Shown here: piece after piece, positions 24,705-35,949 of the stretch
How the letters are laid out: each line of letters starts with the position of its first letter
Numbering within the stretch: position 1 is the stretch's first letter
Source: Octopus bimaculoides
Lineage: Eukaryota
NCBI RefSeq assembly: GCF_001194135.2
Contig: NC_068981.1
Coordinates: forward strand, 168,447,915-168,491,310
Direction of reading: 5' to 3'
DNA: 43,396 nt
Made by a program: the position numbers and the translations under genes
Notes under the pieces: generated by a model
Told to the model about the DNA's origin: nothing
The model's input: the letters and a program-made list of their open reading frames with translations, nothing else
Database searches by the model: none

Positions 24705-24949
24705 TAAGAAAATGAGATGACAAAGGAATAAACGGTTATCTTATGAACTTTATTAGCTTACAGCTGTTTCTGCTATAAGATGCAGCAGACTCATAGTTGA
24801 GTGTTTGAATAACAGGCTCCAATGAAGCTATAGGGTGTTATTCAGGCACTTAACTATGAGTTAGTTCATTACATCTTATAGCAGAAACAGCAGTAAGCAA
24901 ATGAAATTTATAAGATAATAATTTATTCCTTTGTCATCTCATTTTCTTA
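24705..24949. repeat. Long imperfect inverted repeat (fold-back element), ~110-bp arms and ~20-nt loop
   Basis: The outer 28 bp TAAGAAAATGAGATGACAAAGGAATAAA match their reverse complement exactly. An inner block, GCTGTTTCTGCTATAAGATG, is also exact. The loop is around gctccaatgaagctatagg. Confidence 0.9.
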
Positions 24950-24970
24950 AGCATATATATATATATATAT

Positions 24971-26293
24971 AGCTTGTCATCAACTTCCGACCACAATTGG
25001 TTCTGAGTGACTGGTCGTAAATCGATTTCATTGTAAGTTGGCCTATAAGCTTACATAGCTTTATTTTATATTTTTACATTCTTAAGGTATTTAGATGTCT
25101 GTGTTTCATGTCAGGTCACCATTTTGAAATGGATAGTTTGTGGAACCATCTAATGTGACTCTGTTCAGAAGGCTGTAAAATCGTTTGACAGGAACATAGT
25201 ATAAAGAAATACATGGAACAAAGTGGTAACTTTAAATACGTTTAATGCCGGCCACATGTATATATACAAGCTGAATGATAAATGGAAATGGTTGATGAAC
25301 ATTTATTCATATATCTACATGCATCTGCATGGGTTGTATGTTTGCTGTTGACCATGGTGAGGTAGCTCACGAACAGCAATATGTTAGAACCTGTGCAGTG
25401 TTGTTGGTGCTGTGTAGAGATGTTGTTGACGACGTTGGTGAGAGACATGATGGTGGCGATGAAGATGGAGGTCACTGGAACTGGCTGTCGGGTGGTCAGT
25501 GGTTAAACCTTAGAAAGTCTGGAACCAACAGACCTTGAGACTAGGAGGAGGTGAGTTTTTATAGATAATGGTAGGCTCAAATGTAGTTTAGAACAGACTG
25601 TCTCACGTGATTTATTTGGAGGCTTTGATTGGTTAGGTTGCATTATGGTGCACGATAAAGTAAGAGACAGATTGCACCAATACCAACCAGTCAGTGTGGT
25701 GGACACAATGGGGTCCAAACAGCGACCAAAGGTTAGCTGTTATCTGCTATGTTCAAATGTATGTATATATAATAGAGAGAGGAAGTTCACTAGAGTTTGC
25801 TACAGACACATTCCCAGGTAAAGTCACACACAGCATTCTGTATTATACTACAACAGCCTTCGACTGCACAGTTAAAACACTTAATGGTGTCTCTTTTTGG
25901 ATCTTATCGTCATTCCAAATTTGTAGCAATTGTTCCATTTCGTGGATGGGTCCAGTCCGCTGTTTTGTCATAACTGTAGATCGTATAGGTGCTGAACCTT
26001 TCACAACTTCACAAATCCTTTTTTTGTCTTTCAAAATTGTTGAAACAGTAGAGTGTGATAACTTCAGTTCAAGTGTAATTTCATTTACTTTCTTTCCTCC
26101 TTCATGCTGTCTAATTACCATCATTTTTGTGTCAAGGTTGGTGGCTTTTCTTTGCTTCTTGGCAGTTTGAGGAGCAGATGAAGACAATTTCCTCCTTGTA
26201 GGAATTTTAGGGGATATTTTTGGAAAAAATATCAAACACAAGACACACAGAGTCATCGGAAGAATCGCACTCTATCGAATGCCCGTCATATAT
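24971..26293 (-). mobile_element. Internally deleted Tigger/pogo transposon; N-terminal CENP-B-type DNA-binding ORF at 25843-26256
   Basis: KKQRKATNLDTKMMVIRQHEGGKKV..I..ELKLSHSTVSTILKDKKRI...KGSAP..ST..TKQRTGPIHEMEQLL is a typical Tigger psq/HTH start. A degenerate Tigger-like terminus (cttgtcatcaacttccgaccacaattgg) abuts (TA)n at ~24971. No DDE domain seen. Confidence 0.85.
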
Positions 26294-26744
26294 NNNNNNN
26301 NNNNNNNNNNNNNNNNNNNNNNNNNNNNNNNNNNNNNNNNNNNNNNNNNNNNNNNNNNNNNNNNNNNNNNNNNNNNNNNNNNNNNNNNNNNNNNNNNNNN
26401 NNNNNNNNNNNNNNNNNNNNNNNNNNNNNNNNNNNNNNNNNNNNNNNNNNNNNNNNNNNNNNNNNNNNNNNNNNNNNNNNNNNNNNNNNNNNNNNNNNNN
26501 NNNNNNNNNNNNNNNNNNNNNNNNNNNNNNNNNNNNNNNNNNNNNNNNNNNNNNNNNNNNNNNNNNNNNNNNNNNNNNNNNNNNNNNNNNNNNNNNNNNN
26601 NNNNNNNNNNNNNNNNNNNNNNNNNNNNNNNNNNNNNNNNNNNNNNNNNNNNNNNNNNNNNNNNNNNNNNNNNNNNNNNNNNNNNNNNNNNNNNNGAGAG
26701 AGAGAGAGAGAGAGAGAGAGGGAGTAATTAGTAGAAAAAATTGC

Positions 26745-27120
26745 TTACTCTTTTACTTGTTTTAGTCATTTGACTGTGGCCATGCTGGAGCACTGCCTTG
26801 AAGGGTTTTAGTCGAAGAAATCAACCCCAGAACTTAAGCTTTGTACTTATTCTATCGGTCTCTGAGGCTGAACCACTAAGTTAGGGGACATAAACACACC
26901 AGCATCGGTTGTCAAGCAGTCATGGGGGGACAGACACAAACACACATAGATTTATAGATATATATGATGGGCTTCTTTCATCTCCGTCTACCAAATCCAT
27001 TCACAAGGCTTTGGTCAGTACAAGGCTATAATAGAAGACACTTGCCCAATATGCCATGCAGTGGGACTGAACCTAGAACTATGTGGTTGAGAAGCAAGTT
27101 TCTTATCACACAGCCATACC
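26745..27120 (-). mobile_element. SINE family A
   Basis: Reverse complement of family A from tail to head. Confidence 0.85.
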
Positions 27121-27188
27121 TGGGCCTTGAATGTTTTTGCCTTTTTAAATTTTGTAAAATATAAAATTTTATATTATTCCACATGACC

Positions 27189-27366
27189 TTAACCTTTTGA
27201 TATTTAAACATGCCATATCCGGCCAAAATATTCTGTTTGTTTTATGTTCAAACTGATCAGGCCCAGGCTCTCACAACAATCCCACAATGTTATTCTGAAA
27301 ATTAACAATCACACCCTCAGAATCTCAAAGATATGAGATAATGCATGATTAATTCAAAACAATGTC
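27189..27366. mobile_element. TTAA MITE family 1, left part, cut by a SINE-A; right end absent
   Basis: TTAACCTTTT start and internal match to 11499-11707. Confidence 0.7.
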
Positions 27367-27763
27367 TTTTACTCTTTTACTTGTTTCAGTCATTTGACTG
27401 CGGCCATGCTGGAGCACCGCCTTTAGTCGAGCAAATTGACCCCAGGACTTATTCTTTGGAAGCCTAGTACTTATTCTATCGGTCTCTTTTTGCCGAACCG
27501 CTAAGTTACGGGGACGTAAACACACCAGCCTCGGTTGTCAAGCAAAGTTGGGGGACAAACACAGACACACAAACATATACACACATACATATATATATAT
27601 ACATATATACGACGGGCTTCTTTCAGTTTCCGTCTACCAAATCCACTCACAAGGCTTTGGTCAGCCCGAGGCTATAGTAGAAGACACTTACCCAAGGTGC
27701 CACGCAGTGGGACTGGACCCAGAACCATGTGGCTGGTAAGCAAGCTACTTACCACACAGCCAC
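27366..27763 (-). mobile_element. SINE family A, very young copy with CpGs retained
   Basis: Near-consensus reverse complement. Confidence 0.9.
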
Positions 27764-27931
27764 AATCTTAACACTACATGGTTATAACAGTAGCATAGAA
27801 TCATTGGCAAGTTGGACAAAATACTTCGCTTGTCATCTTTTTAGGGATGATAAAATTAGTACCAGGGATCAATGTTATTGATCAACCCCTCCTCCTAAAA
27901 ATTTCAGGCCTTGTACATATAGTAGACAGGG

Positions 27932-27965
<34 letters not shown>

Positions 27966-27969
<4 letters not shown>

Positions 27970-28329
27970 TAGTTTTATTTTTATAACGTGCTTTCACTTC
28001 ACTACCGAGCGCAGCTCTGTGTGCCTTGGGTATGTGCTGTGGTTTGCTGCGATGCTCTTATGGTTTTTGTATTGAAAGTGTTTTGCATAGGATGTGTGCA
28101 GTGCCCAGTAGTGCAATTTTCTGTATGTTATATATAGTTGTAAATCCTGGTGTTTTTGCTATGTATTGGTCTGAATATTTTTTTATCTGTTTCTGTTTTT
28201 AGATTCCACATTCGAGTTACTTCTATTTCCAGGTCTTTGTATTTTGAAAGTTTCTCCATTTCTTTTAGAGAAACGTTGTCATCTACTGGAATTGATACAT
28301 CAATTAGAAAGCATTATTTTTCTTCATGA

Positions 28330-28331
<2 letters not shown>
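27966..28331 (-). mobile_element. R4/Dong-clade non-LTR retrotransposon, 5'-truncated, inside a (TAA)n microsatellite
   Basis: Minus strand: DHEEK*CFLIDVSIPVDDNVSLKEMEKLSKYKDLEIEVTRMWNLKTET...NIQKIALLGTAHILCKTL, a restriction-like endonuclease C-terminus. (TTA)n at 27935-27965 and (ATT)n at 28332-28378 flank it. Confidence 0.85.
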
Positions 28332-28379
<48 letters not shown>

Positions 28380-28614
28380 GAAGCTATGCCAAAAGCTAAT
28401 TTCCATTTCTTCTGGCTTTTTATGTCCTGGTTTGAAATTCCTCTGAGGTTGACCTTGCCTTTTGTCCTTTCAGGGTCAATGAAATATGAATCAGCTGAAT
28501 GCTGGGGGTCAATGTAATAGACTTACTTAATTATTAGTAAGTATGAAAAAGAAAAAAGACATGGATTAAAAATTAGAATTTTTTTTTATCAATATATGAC
28601 AGGCTTCTATATAA

Positions 28615-28778
28615 GCACAGGAGTGGCTGTGTGGTAAGTAGCTTGCTTACTAACCTTATGGTTCTGGGTTCAGTCCCACTGTGTGGCACCTTGGGCAAGT
28701 GTCTTCTACTATAGCCTTGGGCTGACCAAAGCCTTTTGAATGGATTTGGTAGATGGAAACTGAAAGAAGCCCATCGTA

Positions 28779-28814
<36 letters not shown>

Positions 28815-28959
28815 CGATCGTATATATATATATATATGTAAGTATATATATATGTATATATATATGTATATATATATATATATAATCTCTTGATTCTTTT
28901 AATGTGCTAGTTCCCTGGTATTAAATTGATATTAATTAATATTCAATTTTTTACCTTAC

Positions 28960-29033
<74 letters not shown>

Positions 29034-29228
29034 ATATATGTATGTGTGTGTATATATTTGTGTGTCTGTGCTTGTCCCCACAACATTGCTTGACAAATGA
29101 TGCTGGTGTGTTTACGTCCCCGTAACTTAGCCGTTTGGTAAAAGAGACCGAGTCCTGGGGTTGATATGCTTGACTAAAAGCGAGGCTCCAGCATTGGTCA
29201 CAATCAAATGACTGAAACAAGTAAAATA
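28615..29228 (+). mobile_element. SINE family A with a greatly expanded central (TA)n/(TG)n and an extra ~80-bp AT-rich insert
   Basis: Head at 28615-28775, microsatellite plus insert at 28776-29050, tail to ~29228. Confidence 0.85.
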
Positions 29229-29554
29229 AAAAAATAAAAAATTAAAGAATATTCCATGAGTGAATAGAAAAGGCAAACAAAAAAAGTTACGGGTTCACAG
29301 TTTAATAGGGTGTAGTATGATTTAAATGGTTAAAGTTAAATGTTTGAGTGATGAAAGTTTTAGAGAAATGAGTGTGATTATGATAATTGTTTTAAAACAT
29401 CCATGGTGTTTTGGGGCTCTTTTTCCTTTCACAGAACTATATGGTAGTTTACAACCATTTTCTAGTTCTAAAACAATTACATTCAGAAGATTTGGCCTGC
29501 TGTTCACATTCTTCAGGTTACTTCATGTAATTTTAGTTTTAAAAAAATGCTAAG

Positions 29555-29582
29555 GGAGAGAGAGTGTGTGAGAGAGAGAGTG

Positions 29583-29633
<51 letters not shown>
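29555..29633. repeat. (GA)n microsatellite
   Basis: Direct read. Confidence 0.95.
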
Positions 29634-29635
<2 letters not shown>

Positions 29636-30376
29636 CAGTTAGGTTGTTTTTGTCATCACAACTGCTGCTGCTGTTGTTAATAATAATACTAATAATGATG
29701 ATGATGATGATAATAATAAAAGTTTTCACTTGGTTGGCACAGCTTGCAGATGTTGACTGGCTATGCAATGAAAAACAAAATGAAGAAACAACAACAACAA
29801 CAACNNNNNNNNNNNNNNNNNNNNNNNNNNNNNNNNNNNNNNNNNNNNNNNNNNNNNNNNNNNNNNNNNNNNNNNNNNNNNNNNNNNNNNNNNNNNNNNN
29901 NNNNNNNNNNNNNNNNNNNNNNNNNNNNNNNNNNNNNNNNNNNNNNNNNNNNNNNNNNNNNNNNNNNNNNNNNNNNNNNNNNNNNNNNNNNNNNNNNNNN
30001 NNNNNNNNNNNNNNNNNNNNNNNNNNNNNNNNNNNNNNNNNNNNNNNNNNNNNNNNNNNNNNNNNNNNNNNNNNNNNNNNNNNNNNNNNNNNNNNNNNNN
30101 NNNNNNNNNNNNNNNNNNNNNNNNNNNNNNNNNNNNNNNNNNNNNNNNNNNNNNNNNNNNNNNNNNNNNNNNNNNNNNNNNNNNNNNNNNNNNNNNNNNN
30201 NNNNNNNNNNNNNNNNNNNNNNNNNNNNNNNNNNNNNNNNNNNNNNNNNNNNNNNNNNNNNNNNNNNNNNNNNNNNNNNNNNNNNNNNNNNNNNNNNNNN
30301 NNNNNNNNNNNNNNNNNNNNNNNNNNNNNNNNNNNNNNNNNNNNNNNNNNNNNNNNNNNNNNNNNNNNNNNNNNNN

Positions 30377-30590
30377 GATTTGGCAGAGTTTCTACAGCTG
30401 GATGCCCTTCCTAACGCCAACCACTCAGAGAGTGTAGTGGGTGCTTTTACGTGCCACCAGCACGAAGGCCAGTCAGGAGGTACTGGCAACGGCCACGCTC
30501 GAAATAGTGTATTTTACATGCCACCTGCACAGGAGCCAGTCCAGCGGTACTGGCAATGAACTCGCTCGAATGTCTTTTCACGCTACCAGT
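30377..30590 (-). mobile_element. Young RTE-tail element fragment
   Basis: Closely matches the reverse complement of ~40045-40250. Confidence 0.85.
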
Positions 30591-30595
30591 GTCCA

Positions 30596-30940
30596 AAACT
30601 GAATATGAAACTTACAGGGTACACTGGTCCACAGGGGATTACAATCCCAGATCCTAAATCAGTAAGGGACCTGAGTAATGACATGAGGGATGATACCCCT
30701 TTCCAAGTGCACATTACCAAGATGGTGACAAAGTGCAGACGACTGGCTGGATGGATCCTAGGAACATTCAGAACAAGAGATAAGGAAACCATGATGGTCC
30801 TATGGACGACATTTGTCCTCAGCTGCCTGGATTACTGCCCCCTTGCTATGGTCTCCCAACAGTGTAAAATTAATGGCGGACCTTGAAGCAATCCAGCGAA
30901 GCTTCACAAAGAAGATCGACTCATTGCAACAGCTCAGTTA
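30596..30940 (+). mobile_element. CR1/L2-group LINE RT C-terminal fragment, frameshifted
   Basis: SVRDL...F.VHI.K...KCRRLAGWILGTFRTRDKETMMVLW.TFVLS.LDYC, then LWSP...MADLEAIQRSFTKKI (cf. LDYCS.VWSP...I..LE.VQR.FTK). Confidence 0.85.
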
Positions 30941-31101
30941 TCATCATCATTGTTTAACGTCCGCTTTCCATGCTAGCATGGGTTGGACGATTTGACTGAG
31001 GACTGGTGAAACTGGATGGCAACACCAGGCTCCAATCTAAATTTGGCAGAGTTTCTACAGCTGGATGCCCTTCCTAACGCCAACCACTCAGAGAGTGTAG
31101 T
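30941..31101 (-). mobile_element. Young RTE-tail element, 3' end with (GAT)n tail
   Basis: tcatcatcattgtttaacgtccgctttccatgctagcatgggttggacg..., matching the reverse complement of 40200-40350. Confidence 0.85.
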
Positions 31102-31290
31102 TATATATANNNNNNNNNNNNNNNNNNNNNNNNNNNNNNNNNNNNNNNNNNNNNNNNNNNNNNNNNNNNNNNNNNNNNNNNNNNNNNNNNAAATAAGTCT
31201 AAATGTACTTTACCAGAGCATTTTAAATTAATACCATTTCATGGTTTTTGCATACTGCATTGATTGATTAGTTACATTACTATACACTAT

Positions 31291-31652
31291 TTCGGGTTCA
31301 GTCCCACTGTGTGGCACTTTGGGCAAGTGTCTTCTACTATAGCCTCGGGCTGACCAAAGCCTTGTGAGTGGATTTGGTAGACGGAAATTGAAAGAAGCCC
31401 GTTGTATATATGTATATGTATATATATATATGTGTGTGTGTGTATATGTTTGTGTGTCTATGTTTGTCCCCCATTATCGCTTGACAACCAATGCTGGTGT
31501 GTTTACGTCCCCGTAACTTAGCAGTTCGGCAAAAAGAGACCGATAGAATAAGTACTAGGCTTACAAAGAATAAGTCCTGGGGTCGATTTGCTCGACTAAA
31601 GGTGGTGCTCCAGCATAGCCGCAGTCAAATGACTGAAACAAGTAAAAGAGTA
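31291..31652 (+). mobile_element. SINE family A, slightly 5'-truncated, young
   Basis: Runs from the B box to the gtaaaagag tail. Confidence 0.9.
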
Positions 31653-31691
31653 TCAGATAGGACAAGAACACATAGTTCCTGTTGGTTAAGC

Positions 31692-32389
31692 CAGTGGTTC
31701 TCAACCAGTGTCTACATGACCTTGGTGGTGAGGTGGGGTGGGGTGTGCATGTAAGGTTTTGCAGTTAAATATTGATGTGCAATAAATTGATTATACTTCT
31801 ACATTCTTTTACTCTTTTACTTGTTTCAGTCATTTTGACTGCGGCCATGCTGGAGCACCGCCTTTAGTCGAGCAAATTGACCCCAGGACTTATTCTTTGT
31901 AAGCCTAGTACTTATTCTATCGGTCTTTTTTGCCGAACTACTAAGTTACAGGGACGTAAACACACCAGCATTGGTTATCATGTGATGTTGGGGGGACAAA
32001 CACAGACACACAAACATATACACACACACATACACATATATATATATATACATATATATATACGATGGGCTTCTTTCAGTTTCCATCTACCAAATCCACT
32101 CAGAAGGCTTTGGTCAGCCCGAGGCTATAATAGAAGACACTTGCCCAAGGTGCCATGCAGTGGGACTGAACCCGGAGCCATGTGGTTGGTAAGCAAGCTA
32201 CCTACCACACAGCCACTCCTACGCCATTACATGGAATACATTAACAATTCTTTTTTACACAATTCCTAATACTATTTAATTATAAGAATATAACAGGATT
32301 TTTTGAAACATTGGAATGCCCATGAGGGGCCACCTGAGTAAAATAAGAATCTAAGGGGTTCATAGGTAAAAAATGGTTGAGATCCTCTG
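31692..32389. mobile_element. hAT (Charlie-like) MITE with a perfect 8-bp TSD, interrupted by a SINE-A
   Basis: TIRs CAGTGGTTCTCAACC and GGTTGAGATCCTCTG. TSD GGTTAAGC at 31684-31691 and 32390-32397. Confidence 0.9.
31805..32225 (-). mobile_element. SINE family A, full-length young copy nested in the hAT MITE
   Basis: Full reverse-complement copy ending ...cagccactcctacgcc. Confidence 0.92.
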
Positions 32390-32722
32390 GGTTAAGCAGA
32401 CCTTGCATTACTGACATATGAAATCAGCTTCTAAATTCAGCAAGGAACACTGAACTTGTAATTTATGCTAAACTTTTCTGTGTAATGCTCAATGGCTCAG
32501 TTATTCAATTAACTGTTTGTATTGAGTACTCTTTTACTTTTTCATTACAACTAACCACACAAACAAACATACAAAGTATTTTACTGGTTTTACTCATTGG
32601 AGTGCAGCCATGCCCAAAAGGTGTTAATTGATTATATCTATCCTTGACACCCTACTTGGTCAGCTGCTTATTTCATCAACCACATTACTTTATTAGATAC
32701 TTAATTCATCAACCACACAAAT

Positions 32723-33104
32723 TGTTGGCACTCCGTCGCTTATGACGTCGAGGGTTCCAGTTGATTCAATCAACGGAACAACCTGCTCGTGAAATTAACG
32801 TGCAAGTGGCTGAGCACTCCACAGACACGTGTGCCCTTAACGTAGTTCTCGGGGATATTCAGCGTGACACAGTGTGACAAGGCAGACCCTTTGAATTACA
32901 GGCACAACAGAAACAGGAAGTAAGAGTGAGAGAAAGTTGTGGTGGAAGAGTACAGTAGGGTTCGCCACCATCCCCTGCCGGAGCCTCGTGGAACTTTAGG
33001 TGCTTTCACTCAATAAACACTCACAACGCCCAGTCTGGGAATTGAAACCACGATCCTATGACCGCAAGTCCGCTGCCCTAACCGCTGGGCCATTGCGCCT
33101 TTAC
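32723..33104 (-). mobile_element. tRNA-derived SINE (family C tail, different core), young, with an 11-bp TSD
   Basis: Minus-strand head GGCGCAATGGCCCAGCGGTTAGGGCAGCGG...GGTTTCAATTCCC. TSD ACCACACAAAT at 32712-32722 and 33105-33115. Confidence 0.88.
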
Positions 33105-33614
33105 ACCACACAAATAATGAGTGATAAAGTCAACTTATTGGGAAGGGACATAACTGCAATGTATCCAAATGCAAAATATTTTTGTTCAATGATTTTACCA
33201 TTCTACACTAATGTATATATATATACACATTTGACTGGCTTCCACAATTTCTAGTGATCAAATTTCAGCCAGAAGTCCTTGGTTGATATGAAGCTATGGT
33301 AGAAGATGCCTGTCCAAGGCTGACATCAAATCTAGAATCAAACAGTATCAAAGCAAATATCAAGACAAGATATCAATACCAGTGTCAACAATGTTGACAT
33401 TAGTTTTATAATCATTATTATAATTATTAGCTTTTATTTATTTATTTTTTTTGTATTTTCTAATCAGCCTCAGTATCTCTCAGTATTCACAATAGAAAAT
33501 AAGTACAATGTGGAATTGAGTATATACCAAAATTTTAAAACAGTAAAATACAGCAAAACTAAATGAAAGCAATGCTGATATTAGATTCTGTAAAAGCAAT
33601 AATAGTAACTGTTT

Positions 33615-34640
33615 CCAGTTTATGTGCAAGGGTGGCAATTTTGAGGGAAGAGAGTTATGCAAAGTTGACCATGTCAGGATTCGAACTCAGAATGTAAAGA
33701 ATTGGAACAATTCTTTTCTACACTAGGCACAAGGCCTGAAATTTTTGGGGAGGGAGCCAATTGATTAGATTGACCCACTACGCAACTGGTACTTAATTTA
33801 TTGACCTCAAAAGGATGAAAAGCAAAGTCGACCTCAGCGGAATTTGAACTAAAAAATAAAACAAATGAAATACTGTTAAGCATTTTGCCTGGCATACTAA
33901 CGTTTCTTATTTCTTTATTGCCCACAAGGGGCTAAACATAGAGGGGACAAACAAAGACAGACAAAGGGATTAAGTCGATTACATCGATCCCAATGCGTAA
34001 CTGGTACTTTATTTATCGACCCCGAAAGGATGAAAGGCAAAGTCGACCTCGGCAGAATTTGAACTCAGAATGTAACGGCAGACGAAATACCGCTAAGCAT
34101 TTCACCTGGCACGCTAATGTTTCTGCCAGCTAGCCACCTTAAGAATTGGAACAATTACCACAAGCAATTTGTCCAATGTTCTAATGATTCTGCCAGGTTG
34201 CTGTCTTCCTTATAACAATTCTTTCTAAATTTTGTGGGAGGGGCTTGTCAGTTAGATTGAGTACTTAACTTGTACTTATTTTATTGTCCCTGAAAGGATG
34301 AAAGGCAAAGTTAACCTCAGTGGAATTTGAACTCAGAGTGTAAAGCCGCACCAAAAATACCACTAAACATTTTGTCTGACATGCTAACAACTCTATTAGC
34401 TGATAACCTTAATAATAATGATAAACCTTTCCACTACAAGTGCAAGGCCTGAGACTTGTAGTGGAGGGTCGAGTTGATCATATTGACTCCAGTACTCAAC
34501 TGGTACTTCTTTCATTGACCCTGAAAGAATAAAAGACAATGCTGACCTCAGCAGAATTTGAACTCAGAATGTAAAGACAGACGAAATGCCATTAAGCATT
34601 TTGGTGGGTATGCTAACGATTCTGCCAGCTCACTGCTTTA
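33615..34640 (-). mobile_element. Cluster of about five nested and tandem SINE-B copies
   Basis: gaaaggatgaaaggcaaagtcgacctc..gaatttgaactcagaatgta recurs near 33810, 34025, 34290 and 34530. A 16-bp TSD AAGAATTGGAACAATT lies at 33697-33712 and 34141-34156. Confidence 0.88.
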
Positions 34641-35424
34641 GAAATAATTATAATAATAATGATGATGATAATTTCTTACATTGGCACAAAACTAGAAATT
34701 TTGGGAAAACAAACAGTTAATTATATCAACCCTGGTACATGTCTGGAGTCATCTTATTGCTTTTAGAAATGAATTAGAATAAATATTTCTTCTTATGGAG
34801 AACAGAGCAGGCAGGGGATGTTGTGACATTCTTCACTCTCCGAAAGAACGTAAGTGAAGTCAGAAGTGATTACATGATTTCAGTTTGAAATTGAATAAGA
34901 GACAGGGCTCAAATTGCTAAGAAATGAGCTTGACTTTATAAAAGTATTTTTAAGTGTATATTAGATAACTATATTCCAAACTTAAGTACAAGGACACATT
35001 TTCATTTTTGAGGGAAGTTGGTAGTGGAGAGAGAAGGAAGAGGGAGACAACTGATTATATCATAGAAAAGGCTAGATAAGGATAGCTTAAATATTTAAAT
35101 TATGCCATAGAGTACAAATTACAAATCACTTCATATATTTCTTACAACTGACAGATCAATGTAATGCAACTCAATTAACTGTGACTGTGCACAGCATGAA
35201 ACAGAAAAGGATGGCAGTCAAATGCATATGACAATTTCAGATGATGTGAAAGTGATTTCTCCGTAAAATGAACTAAGGCTTACAGTATGAAGAGTGCTGC
35301 CTCAGAAATACAAAGAAATGTTTACTGGAGATATAAATTCAAGAGACTAAATCTATACTTTATTCAGTCATCTTGCTTCAACTGGTTATGAATATCTTTT
35401 ATATCTTTTCTTGTTTCTGCTATG

Positions 35425-35640
35425 AGATCACAACCATATTTGGGCACTGCCTGGAAGGGTTTAGTTGAACAAATCAAACCTAGTATTTATTTTAAGCCTG
35501 GTACATATTCTATTGGTCTTTTTTTTGCTGAACAGCTAAGTCATAAGGATATAAATAAAGCAACACTGGCCGTAAAGCAGTGGTGTAACATACACAAACA
35601 CACATATATGTATAAATATAGTTTCCATCTACCAAACAAA
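35425..35640 (-). mobile_element. SINE family A, old partial copy
   Basis: gcactgcctggaagggtttagttgaacaaatc...tattctattggtc...aagtcataagg. Confidence 0.7.
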
Positions 35641-35935
35641 GTATTTGTGCTGCTACCACAAATAAAGCACCCATGTATAAAGTACCCATGCCAGTGCCAT
35701 TTTTAAAGACACCTGTGCCAGCCAGTGCCATGTATAAGGCACCTGTGCTGGTGCCACATAAAATGGCACCCAGCACCCTCTGTAAAGTGGTTGGATTAGG
35801 AAGGGCATCCAGCCATAGAAACCATGCCAAAACAGATGAATGGAACCTAGGCAGCTCTTCAGCAGGCCAGCTCCTGTCAAACTATCCAACCCATGCCAGT
35901 ATGGGAAACTGACGTTAAATGATGATGATGATGAT
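35640..35935 (+). mobile_element. RTE-type 3' tail element with short degenerate internal repeats and a (GAT)n tail
   Basis: Repeated gcacc..tgccagtgcca units, then ccctctgtaaagtggttgg..aggaagggcatccagc...cccatgccag...gatgatgat. Confidence 0.8.
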
Positions 35936-35949
35936 AGACATATGGTTGC

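Noticed and set aside
29644-30559. Long ORFs in the supplied track (also 22281-22682 and 26220-26765)
   Set aside because: Artefacts of translating through N gaps and microsatellites.
33035-33100. tRNA-like sequences in SINE heads (also 6455, 16271, 24433 and others)
   Set aside because: They have A and B boxes but no complete cloverleaf, and they run directly into SINE bodies with TSDs.
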